A DNA stretch of 64,000 nucleotides from Paramoeba atlantica (lineage: Eukaryota > Protista > Discosea). A program made the translations under genes and the position numbers. A model generated the notes under the pieces. It was given only the letters and a program-made list of their open reading frames with translations, ran no database searches and was not told the DNA's origin. The stretch spans positions 1,054,001-1,118,000 of the forward strand of contig CDRNVI010000030.1 in the NCBI GenBank assembly GCA_977017575.1. Reading direction: 5' to 3'. Of this stretch, positions 42,511-52,396 are shown piece after piece (the first letter of the stretch is position 1; every line of letters starts with the position of its first letter).

Positions 42511-43300
42511 AACGGCGGACTGTACTCGACTTTTTTCATTTTTGGAGAATTACAGACATTGATTGATGAGCCATACCTCTGTTTTTAAATTTTTTGAAAA
42601 AATCGTTTTTGTGCTCGTTTTATGCCGATTTTGGGCTCGTGGAATTAACCTTAGTAAGCGAGTTAGATACTCACCGTATCTCTCTCAACTTTCAGCCTAC
42701 ATTTATACTGCATATTACCCCTTATTGCGGTGGTTGTATAGCTACCGCTCTACCCTCGATTATTGAAAAGAAAGTGAACAAAAACAGTGAAAATATAAAG
42801 AGGAACACTGTAAAATAATAGAAGAAAAAATAAAAGGGGGCTCCGGTGAAAGAAATTGAAAAGTTCTGAAAACAAATTGAAAAAAATGGGGGGTCTAGGG
42901 GGGGTCCAGGGGGGGGGGGTCATGGTCGAGCAATTTTTTTTGAAAAAATTATTTTTCGAAAAAAGTCCTCAGAAGGGGTAGCCGAGGTCTTGGCGCCCAT
43001 TTTCCACCCCCCTTCCCGGGGGTGACCCCCCCTCGTATGCACAGGACGGGTCTGCCAAATTCGGAAAAAAACGACAAAAAGTAATTTTCGGACCCCAAGG
43101 GGCCTTTTCGTGTCGAAAGAATGGTGTGGTTTGAGTCCCATTCTCTACCCAATACGTTCGGTAGGCTTATATTCATGCCTACGACTGATTTCCCACGCGC
43201 AAATATCGGATTTGACCCCATTTATATGACCCCATTTTTACCCGAAAATCGGCTATTTTTGGCTATAATCTCTCCGTTTTCCTTAGCTTTCCGGGCCAAA

Positions 43301-43415
43301 TTTTCTTTTTTAGGCTCTTCGTTAAACGCGGTGGTAGTTTTCAACGCGAAGAGCGCAGCATGAGTGACTTCGAAGTTGAAAACCACCGCGTTTAACGAAG
43401 AGCCTAAAAAGAAAA
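43301..43415. repeat. ~40-bp imperfect inverted repeat
   Basis: ttttaggctcttcgttaaacgcggtgg(tag)ttttcaac pairs with gttgaaaaccaccgcgtttaacgaagagcctaaaa, with one 3-bp indel. Confidence 0.9.
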
Positions 43416-43691
43416 ATCTTAATCCGACGAACTGGAAGATGAATACAATCGCAATTGTCTTCGGTGATTCAAGCTTTTCGGCAACTTTTGGACAAATAGT
43501 GGTTTTCAGACATTCTACGCATACCGCTTCAGTATAAATGGAGACTTAGAGTAAGTTCTCGACGATAGGAAACCAAATTTCTAATTTATGTCCAAATGAG
43601 GAAGTTGATCCTTTACCCCAGTCATTTATTATCGTAAGCCTTAAGATTGTTTTTGCTTTGGAAGGAAGAAATACAAAGTAGCGGACATCAA

Positions 43692-44414
43692 TCAAGTTAG
43701 AGATGCGCCTTGATTTTTAATACAGACGACATTGGGAACAGACATTGGAATGAACTCCCGAATAAAATTTTGTGACAAATCTAGGCACCGTAACGTCGAA
43801 GGCAAATTTTCGAGTTTTACTACACCAGAAATCAAATTCATTTGCATAAAAACGTAGCAGATCCTCGGCGGCATCGCGTCTACGACTAGCGCCCCCGAAA
43901 ACTTATTGGAATACAACGAGAGAGTATTCAGTGTATGCGGTAGTTGATTTGCATTTATCGTACCATTAAAATGGTTCTTATTAAGCGACAGATGAGTAAG
44001 GGAAGACGGAAACTCACTCCAATCTACGGGCCCAGAAAGGTGATCTTGCACCAAGTAAACACGGCGAAGCGTCCGAGGAAGGTAAGCGGCGAGGAGTCCT
44101 CCGTCCATTGTAGCACCAGCGATTGCAAGGCTCAAAAGAGTATCGGGCAAGTGGTGCCAAGGAACGCTCCCGACGTAATGGGAGACGTAATGCCACCCTA
44201 TCGATTCTACTGAGCCGTCGTCCTTAGTTTTCACCCCGAGCCACCCGTGAGCGGGATAATCTGCGGACCACGAAGCGTGCGGATGGCGAACAGTGGCAAT
44301 GAATCGTCCGAGCTGCACCTCCGGTGGGAGTTGAGCTCCACGTACCCTGGAAAGACGTGTAGCGCCGTAGCTTTCCGCAGTGTTGAAGCAAAGGGTGGTG
44401 CGGGTAAAAAACAT
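43692..44414 (-). CDS. Short leucine-rich-repeat protein
   Basis: Repeats LPxTLxxLSLxxNxFSG and LPSTLRCLDLSQN, preceded by a WLGVKTKDDGSVESIGW cap. The architecture recalls the expanded LRR family I associate with Perkinsela (not verified by search). Confidence 0.8.
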   Translation of the reverse strand: MFFTRTTLCFNTAESYGATRLSRVRGAQLPPEVQLGRFIATVRHPHASWSADYPAHGWLGVKTKDDGSVESIGWHYVSHYVGSVPWHHLPDTLLSLAIAGATMDGGLLAAYLPRTLRRVYLVQDHLSGPVDWSEFPSSLTHLSLNKNHFNGTINANQLPHTLNTLSLYSNKFSGALVVDAMPPRICYVFMQMNLISGVVKLENLPSTLRCLDLSQNFIREFIPMSVPNVVCIKNQGASLT

Positions 44415-44938
44415 TTTTCTGTGCAGAATAGAACTCGTAAAATGAGAACCTTCATAGTTATTATCAATAAGACTACAGAAACGTTTTATGCTATGTAGAC
44501 TTTCCTAAACATGTGTCTTCCCAGGGTACTGGAAAACGTTGTGGTGGTTACATACACCCCTGAGCAGCAACATTTACCCCCCTTGCAGGTCTCGTATTTT
44601 GTTCGATTTCGGAGTTTTTTTTGCATGGGACTGATTTGTGCCACTAATGTCTCGAATCCGTAGTTAAATTGGATCCGCTTGTAATAATAATGTACTCATC
44701 ACATATTCTCCAATCCATCCTAAAATTGCGACTTTAAACGAAAATCCTACTCAGCCCTTCTCGAAGTACAGACTCCATAGATTGCTATTCGGAGCGCGTG
44801 GGAAGGCTTCAATCCTCTGTTACTTGGAAATATTCTCTTCGTATAGCTCTAGATTTCCGTTTGTACTATAAACCTTATAGTACCGTCCCCCACACGTTGT
44901 TAGTTTTGGCCAAACGGCACTGTACATGTAAGTAACTA

Positions 44939-45976
44939 CTGTCCCCCCCCCCCTACATAAGAGTCCGCGGTGTACCCCCCCTACTTCAGAGTCCTTTTTG
45001 ACGGAGCCTCGGGCTGCCTGCGGCGCGAAGCGCCGCCAGATTTTTTTTTGTGTCTTTTTATTTTCTTTGATTTTTTTTAATAGTGTCCGCCCATTGCGTT
45101 TAGTTTTAATATTTCCAAGCTATTTATACTTGATGGTACACCGAGCAAGGAGCAGACTACGGGCAGGCATGGTAGACAACTATGCCAATCTGCCGACCAA
45201 CCCCCTTCATCTATCTCCCCACCTAACCACGGTAACCTTCCGTTACTCCATTCCGGTAGCCAACCCCGTTCTCTTCTATCCCCATTTTCCCATCAAGGTA
45301 ACGATCGTCTTCAGCGCTTCTCACACCCCCACCATCCCAACCCGCCCGCCCGACCGAATTATAATACTAATTATAATCTCTGCGTTAAGGGTAATTATAA
45401 TCTCTGCGTTAAGGATGGGTGCCTTATTGGTGCGGAGGGGTTTATATAGTACTATAATTATAGATTTTGTAGATTTTCAGACCCCTGCTTATTTCTCACT
45501 TAGAAATACGCTCAAAGGATCCTTACTGGATGTATTTTGCCAAATGCCCTCAGCAAATGCCTGGCGAAAATACGTGCGGACTACACGTAATAAATAACTT
45601 ATGTTCTCCATTTGGTGTCGAAAAAGGGTATATTAGCAGATCAACACTATGCGAAGATTGGTCTCCACACCTTAACTAGACAATAGCTTTTATCAAATTC
45701 ATAAACTTTACCACTCCTGATGTGAGTGCGTAATGGGGAAGTATGGTCGGGACCTCCTCGTGGTCTTCCCTGGCACTGCTATCTTATCGATAGTACAGAT
45801 GCCGACCTTCATTAGACCAAAATAGAGAAAAAAACATAGACAAAAAAGGAACCGGCCATACTGAAATTTTATGAAAAAATGCTGACCCCTCCACTTAAGA
45901 GTCCGGAAAATTGTGACCCCCCTACTTAAGAGTCCAAATGCCCAAAATCGGCGGACTCTTAAGTAGGGGGGGACAG
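44939..45976. mobile_element. Second non-autonomous DNA transposon (MITE-like, 1038 bp), TA-flanked, same terminal family
   Basis: Left TA|CTGT-C11-TACATAAGAGTCCGC; right end reverse-complemented TA|CTGT-C7-TACTTAAGAGTCCGC. Extra CCCCyACTTmAGAGTCC copies near 44977, 45886 and 45917. GCGGCGC-gaa-GCGCCGC hairpin at 45020-45036. Confidence 0.85.
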
Positions 45977-46926
45977 TACTATAAGGGGATTACTCAAATT
46001 TATAAAAAAACAAAATTCGTCAAAATTCTTTCCAATATGATACATAGTCAACTAGCATTTTAGTACGTACTAAAAGGAATGTTCCCTTAGACTCATATAC
46101 ACTTTGTGCCGGGGCTTTTAGCCTGTTTTAAAACTTTAAATAAGTTTGGGAAAATCATTTTTTGCCAATAACTTTTTGCTTGAACTCGAGGCTCTTTTCC
46201 TTGCTTTTAACGCGAACTCTGATCAAGCGAATATTGGCAAGTGTGTACAGGCGTGCCGCGAAAACGTGGGTCTTCTTCCGAAGGTGGATCGAGTAATACT
46301 GCCCCCGCCTGTTCTGAGCGTGAACGGCTAAATACCACAAAAGACGGAATGGACCCCTTGAAGAATCTAATCGACTAAAGAGGTTCACATTCAGAGGCTA
46401 CCGCAATGTGAAATTTAGTCGGAGTCATGCAAGCGGGCAAGGTAATGTGCGACGATCCGGTCACGCAGCCACTGAAAATACAGCGAAATCTCAAAAGAAG
46501 AACTCAGGAAAACGAAAATTCGTCGTTGCTACGCTACGATGTTTATTACGATAAGGGTTAGGGAAAGATGGTTATGTTTTCGAGGTTTCAAAAAGTAAAA
46601 CTTCCTGAGCTAATCGTATCGAAAGGATTTTTTTTAAAACCACGCATCACCTGTAAAATACAGGTAGGTGAAAAATCACCGATTTTGCTAACATTATTAA
46701 TGGCGGATTTATAAACTCCCCTTATAAACTCCCCTTCATCAATAAAACACCCCACCTTATTTTTGGCACACAGCGGCATGGATAGGTTATAGAACCACTT
46801 CGTCATGTAAAATTTTGAGATCTGCACGTTCTCGCATATTTTAGGTCTTTTGAGAATAAGAATTCAAAAAAAATACCTTTTTTCACATGCTCAAATGACC
46901 TTCTAAAAGCAGTCAATGAGTAAGCC

Positions 46927-46995
46927 CACAAACTCTGTGATAGCTCTCTAACGCGCTTTTACTTTCCAAAATTGGACACGATTTACGAATTTTAG
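46927..46995. repeat. Dispersed ~70-bp repeat, copy 2 (copy 1 at 3005-3074)
   Basis: cacaaactctgtgatagctctc...tttccaaaattggaca...tttacgaattttag. Confidence 0.7.
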
Positions 46996-47059
46996 GCCTT
47001 TTGACGCGTACTCCTGTATGTGGAGAGGTCACATTATATTTTCCCCAGCTGTATCATCA

Positions 47060-48088
47060 TTAGTTGTATAAGCTAATGGTTTCATCGGGAGTATTCTTTT
47101 TGCGTGGTTTTTGCGGAGTTATTGAGTTATTATGCGAAAGTTTTTCTGTTTTAGTTGATTTTGAGAAAAATGACATAAGGTCTTTTGGTCGGTATTCGTC
47201 CAGAGCAGATTTCCGTGCCGGGTCTCGGGTATTAGATTCTACGCGCTTACTGAAATTAGGGTTAATCGGATGCCATTGCACTTCATCAGACGGCGTGAGT
47301 ACGTGTTTTACTTCATGGAATGGTAGAGTATTATCCAGCCACAAATCTACGGTCTCTGGAGTATCCAATATGGCGGGCATTCGATTGTGACACCACTTCA
47401 ACGAGTCGGATGCGTCCACAGTAAGTATTGTGCATCGCTCACTGTCATAGAGACCTGCAAGAGGCATCAAACGAGATTGAATGGGATTATCATTCAGAAC
47501 GTTTGCGCTGCGCAGTACATCATCCTGCGAGAGCTCTAGCTCTCTTTTTGGATATATATAGTACGGTTGAGGATGTGTTTTCGGAGAATTGGGAAAATGC
47601 TTCCACTCAATAAAGCCTGTTACTAACACTATGCACCGATTTTGTAAATGGTGTCGAAAAGAAGCACGTTCAGAAACGGAATCCGAACGAGCATTAAACA
47701 ATAGCGAAGACATTTGTGGAACTCTAAATCCCCATGGAAGAGTCTGCAGAACGAATGCCTTTTTGCACGTGTTCGGCGAAACAAGAATAGTTAAGTAGCC
47801 ACCAGGACTGATGTTACATGAATGTGGACGAAACGCTTCGCTATTTATCCACGATATCTCACTCGCTGCAGAGTCAGAATTCTTTGTAGGTCGCACTGTA
47901 CCCGTTTCATTACATTTTGCAAAACTATGATTCAGTGCGAAATCAACGGTATGCGTACTTTGTTCTTGCGAGGTAGCTCTGTTGCTTTGAAGACGCACTG
48001 CTTCTCTTCGTCTTCTACGTGCTGTCACCCTTTGAGCGTATTGAATGAGTACAGGCGCTTCAACGTCGACGGCTGCTCTGCCGCACAT
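47060..48088 (-). CDS. HMCES: SRAP-domain abasic-site processing protein (HMCES/YedK-like)
   Basis: N-terminal MCGR, NISPG, WG...FNARSD, RCIV...GFIEWK and HNRMPAIL. A ~70-aa insertion follows the N-terminus. Confidence 0.9.
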   Translation of the reverse strand: MCGRAAVDVEAPVLIQYAQRVTARRRRREAVRLQSNRATSQEQSTHTVDFALNHSFAKCNETGTVRPTKNSDSAASEISWINSEAFRPHSCNISPGGYLTILVSPNTCKKAFVLQTLPWGFRVPQMSSLLFNARSDSVSERASFRHHLQNRCIVLVTGFIEWKHFPNSPKTHPQPYYIYPKRELELSQDDVLRSANVLNDNPIQSRLMPLAGLYDSERCTILTVDASDSLKWCHNRMPAILDTPETVDLWLDNTLPFHEVKHVLTPSDEVQWHPINPNFSKRVESNTRDPARKSALDEYRPKDLMSFFSKSTKTEKLSHNNSITPQKPRKKNTPDETISLYN

Positions 48089-48281
48089 TATAAAATTATC
48101 TTACTTTCGTATTAAAATAAACATAAAACTGTGTCAGCTCAAATAGTAAAATGGTGATACAAGAATTGCTTACCTTTGTAAGCTCTTGTGTAAACTCTCT
48201 TTAGTGGCAATCATGAAATTCATTCGGTCCATAATGTGAAAATGTCGAGTGCCCGTTTCTGAATGAGCTCCCGGACTCGAC

Positions 48282-48740
48282 CTACTTACTCCTACACTTA
48301 GCAGAATTACTGGATATTACTCTATTGGTGTTGTTGAAGTTACTGTACGAATTAGTGCTCAGGTTGTCAGTGAACGGAGGATGTGTCTTGCTGAAGGAAT
48401 TTACCTCAACAAAGGTCTCTCTTTTCACAGTGTGTAGATTCTTGAAAGTAAGGGCAGATGACTTGGGCTCTGCTAAGTACGATTCGTTCTGTGATAGTCG
48501 TTCCCCCTTTTGATTGGTAACGAAATCAGATTTCATAACACGAGTTGGCTTCAGTTTAATTTTAACGGAACTTGGTGGCTTCTTTGTATCTGCCTCTAAA
48601 TCACTATCAGCAAGTTGCAGCAAAGGATTCATGCGACCACTACAATATGTCAGATCTTCTCGTATTGAACCCATTAATCTCCGCAGTTGTGACCGCAAAG
48701 GGTTCGTTTTGCAACGAAAAGCACGGCTACCAATCCCCAT
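48282..48740 (-). CDS. Possible small hypothetical protein
   Basis: 152-aa ORF on the gene strand filling a gene-sized gap; no motif recognised. Confidence 0.4.
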   Translation of the reverse strand: MGIGSRAFRCKTNPLRSQLRRLMGSIREDLTYCSGRMNPLLQLADSDLEADTKKPPSSVKIKLKPTRVMKSDFVTNQKGERLSQNESYLAEPKSSALTFKNLHTVKRETFVEVNSFSKTHPPFTDNLSTNSYSNFNNTNRVISSNSAKCRSK

Positions 48741-49326
48741 GACTTATGGTGCAGTGCATAGATGAGAGAATGATATCCGCAATATTACCTGTCTGACTGG
48801 CAAGGGAGCAATTTCTTGTTCAGAGAAAGTTCATGTACTTGCAAAATAGATAGACAATTTTTTTTCTCACTGAAAATTTTCAACTGCGTAAAAATGCCAA
48901 AAAATTTTAGAGTTCAAGAAGAAAAAAATGATACCTGAGTATTCCGGCGCATATGTTATGTACACTTACATTATACCTGCACAGTATGCATCTGAAGAAA
49001 TCTTCAAGAAAACTTTTCAAAACGAGTGGATGTGCCTTGACTTTCTTCGGTTTGAAGCCATAAATAATTGCGGAATGAAGCATGACCAAAATAATAATAA
49101 TGTATACGGAGTAAATCTAACGGCTTCCCAATGTATATTTGGAAGTCGAAAATGAAGTTTCACAGTGTCATCATGTTCCGCTTCCAACTTAAATACGTTC
49201 GATTACACGCACATAAAGTAATGAAGCACAATATAAAGTTGATGGTTAGATATGACAAAAGGCTTTATGTTTTAAAAACATTAAGCAAGAACGCAGCAAT
49301 CGCCCAAAAACAATGTTTCTGCATGG

Positions 49327-51801
49327 CTACTGAGCCCAAAATTCATCGTTGACCTCAATGAATCCATCAAGGTTCGATGGATGGGATGCCCCAATGCGCA
49401 AAGTACCGGCGAAAAAGCGTCGGTACACTTCGAGTCCGTCTTCTCCACTGTGGACAAGGTAGACAACATTGCTAAGCCACTCGGAACCTTTCACCACCCC
49501 CGCTTCAAGATTCGCTCTCCATCGAGGCGTAATTTTCTCCTTCCAGTGCTTCTTAGGCCCAAAGATTAGTATGGGGTTTGGAGGAGTCGTACCAATTTTT
49601 CGTCGGACCTCTTCCAGGGCGTATTCGAAATCAGTGCCAACTCCGCCAACGCAAATAATCGGGAAGTCTAAGTTAAAGTCAGACTGTCTCTCTACAAGTT
49701 TTTCCAATCGGTAGGTCATCCAGGCGTCAACAAAACTATTTTGCTTCTGCTCATTAATAACAACACCTGCTTTTCGTTTTCCGGCACCAAAGTCCACGAA
49801 CAAGCCGCAAGACAAAATACCCAGATTATGTGCGACGCGATTTCCCAATTCCATGATGCCTGGACCACCACCAGTGACGACGCAAAGACCTTTTTGGGAT
49901 ACCTCGGGATTTGGAGAAGTTGTGACGATCTGTTTAAGACCACTGAATACTGTTTTGAGGTCGGACTCGAAATCGCCTTCCACAAGATTTGAGCCGTACA
50001 CTCCGACGTAGAAGGCTCGGAGATACTCCTCTTTCCGACCCATTGGGACAAACATACCGCTGTCTGTGCCCATTCGATGTACGTACTGAAAGATTTGTCG
50101 ACGGCGAACATCTACGTGGTAGACTCGAACTCCAAACAACATCAGATCTTGCAACATGGCACGATCGCTTTGGCTAAAGAAAGAGCCCGTGGACTGACTG
50201 GCTTCGAGAAAATAGATCGCACGTACACATTGGCACACATACCCCGAGAGTAAAAAGTGTTTCAGAATTGGTGAGATAAAGTACTTAGTGAGCAGTACGC
50301 CTTGGCTTGTAATCTCGCCCTGTGCAATTGCTTTCAGAAGTCCGTACTGACATTGCTGCACCAGATACTGTCGAGCCTGACTCAACTGCTGCTGTGGGTG
50401 AACCGAACCAACGTATGGCACAGGTTGAGGTCGGGACGTAATCCACGAAGATTCCGTCAGCTCACTCATTTGACTCCCTTTGCAAATATACACGCACGCC
50501 TGAACATCGTGCTCCGTGGGTGCCGTCGCAAATGCCGCAGAGGCCTCCTCAAAGTTCATCAAGAGTTTGTTAAGCGCGGTGCGGTCCTCAAAAGCAATTC
50601 CCTCCCGATACGGCTCCACGGTGTAGAACTCAATCGGAATGCGGTCAAGCTCCTTGTCCGAGTCCCCGTAGAACACAAACGTGCGCCCGCACAGCGTCTC
50701 CTCCTCACTGGAGCCGTAGGGCTCGAGTACACTGGCGGAGGTGCAGTGAATCCCCGGAGGGAGCAACTCATCGACAACACGGGCGAACATCGTATGAATG
50801 TGCATCGCTTTCGAACGTACCATTAACATGTCTCCCTCCCGGGCGTAGCGAGAGTTACTCCCTTTGTGGTTCTGGTGCAAACGTAGCATGGGACGAATGT
50901 GGGTGGTGCTTTTTGATCGCAGTGCCTTGCCAACGGTAGGAAGAAACCCCGTGATTTCAAAATCATACGTAATGGCCCCTGGTTTCAGCTTGATAAACGC
51001 CACAAGACGACCGTCCCTCTCCTCAAGCTCCCAATCCTCCTCATCCTGGGCGCCATACACCAACAAGGGATCTCCAAACCGCGTGGTGCGTCCCTTAAGC
51101 TGTCGGATATACTGTTCATGGTGAACCCGGCGTGCGGCACACACCGCAAACAGTTTCCCCAACTGTGTACCCATCTCCACAAAATCTAGCGCCAGCACCC
51201 CCATGGTTGCAATCGCCACCAGCCGTATCACACAAGATGCCGAGCGTGTCTCCTTATCCAGCACCAACTCATCCGTTACACTGTGCAGCCCAAGCTGAGA
51301 CAGTGTGGACTTTAGATTAAAACTTAGTCGGTCGTTGGGCCCCAGGCACCATCCCAGGAATTGCGGGGAGATGTCGGTAATCGAAATCTCGCAGCGCAGT
51401 GTCTTGCGGTCCTCCCGGGTGAGCCCGACGACACGGCCATCGGGGGAGACGAGATCAAAGGAGGTGTCGACGAGGACACGACTGGCCTGGGAGTGCGGGA
51501 TGTGGTGCGCCCCGCGTAGGGCAGGGGACATGGGGAGGACGGAGTAGGTGGGGGTGGGGGGGAGAACGGGCTGGTGGACGAGCGCGGGTTTGTCTTCCAC
51601 GGGTTTGTCTTCTTCTGGGGTGGGGGAGGAGACGGGGGTGGGATCTTGGGCTTCGTCTTTTCCGGTGGGGGGGAGGGCGAGATCTGGGGGGGAGGCGTCC
51701 TCGGTTTGAAGTGGTGTGTCGTCGTTGCGAACCCAGCTGGGTACCCAATTGCTTGCGGACGTGTTGGGTCGGGCGGATAAAGGGGTTGTGTTACCGGACA
51801 T
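49327..51801 (-). CDS. Long LOG-family (LOG/PpnN-like nucleotide phosphoribohydrolase) protein
   Basis: C-terminal domain has VVTGGGPGIMELGN, ERQ and VGGVGTDFE (variant of PGGxGTxEE), after a ~550-aa unrecognised N-terminal region. Confidence 0.8.
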   Translation of the reverse strand: MSGNTTPLSARPNTSASNWVPSWVRNDDTPLQTEDASPPDLALPPTGKDEAQDPTPVSSPTPEEDKPVEDKPALVHQPVLPPTPTYSVLPMSPALRGAHHIPHSQASRVLVDTSFDLVSPDGRVVGLTREDRKTLRCEISITDISPQFLGWCLGPNDRLSFNLKSTLSQLGLHSVTDELVLDKETRSASCVIRLVAIATMGVLALDFVEMGTQLGKLFAVCAARRVHHEQYIRQLKGRTTRFGDPLLVYGAQDEEDWELEERDGRLVAFIKLKPGAITYDFEITGFLPTVGKALRSKSTTHIRPMLRLHQNHKGSNSRYAREGDMLMVRSKAMHIHTMFARVVDELLPPGIHCTSASVLEPYGSSEEETLCGRTFVFYGDSDKELDRIPIEFYTVEPYREGIAFEDRTALNKLLMNFEEASAAFATAPTEHDVQACVYICKGSQMSELTESSWITSRPQPVPYVGSVHPQQQLSQARQYLVQQCQYGLLKAIAQGEITSQGVLLTKYFISPILKHFLLSGYVCQCVRAIYFLEASQSTGSFFSQSDRAMLQDLMLFGVRVYHVDVRRRQIFQYVHRMGTDSGMFVPMGRKEEYLRAFYVGVYGSNLVEGDFESDLKTVFSGLKQIVTTSPNPEVSQKGLCVVTGGGPGIMELGNRVAHNLGILSCGLFVDFGAGKRKAGVVINEQKQNSFVDAWMTYRLEKLVERQSDFNLDFPIICVGGVGTDFEYALEEVRRKIGTTPPNPILIFGPKKHWKEKITPRWRANLEAGVVKGSEWLSNVVYLVHSGEDGLEVYRRFFAGTLRIGASHPSNLDGFIEVNDEFWAQ

Positions 51802-52396
51802 GTATCAATGGGTGGAAGGGTAGTGAAAAGAGAGATGGATTGTTACGGATAAATAAGAAAATAGGAGGAAATAACAGGCGTACATACTTTAGTCCTGATA
51901 CTACATACTGTAGTCCTGATACTATAGATACTTTGATGTTTAGATACATTTACATACAAGTATGTATGATCAACCTGATAGGCAAATGTGCAAGTAGCAT
52001 CTAAAAATGGGATGCAAATGTGTCAAATAGAATGTGACTTTTCCATTATGGATGGCGGGAGATCGTCAAAGTAATTCGATGTCTAAGATTTACACACAAG
52101 CGTACGACGCTACTCTAAAGGGAGCAAACTGCACACCAAGGATAGAAGACTTCAGTGCGAGAATCGCTCGAGTAGCTTAGTTGAATGGCCTACATGCTCT
52201 TAAATGTGTGGGACGGTCTATTCACCGAGGTACATACGTAAAACTACATACGGTAGGTATACATCGGCACACGTACAATATGGCACACACATATTCATGC
52301 ACATGAAGAAAAACAGTACATGCGCTTTGTCACAGTATAGCTGTGGTATACGCACCTTATTCCCTTTAAAAGCAATAGATTCGAACCCCAGTATTC

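Noticed and set aside
51881-51922. 21-bp tandem duplication upstream of the LOG gene, and 12-bp duplication near 58439-58463
   Set aside because: Two-copy slippage-type duplications with no further structure.
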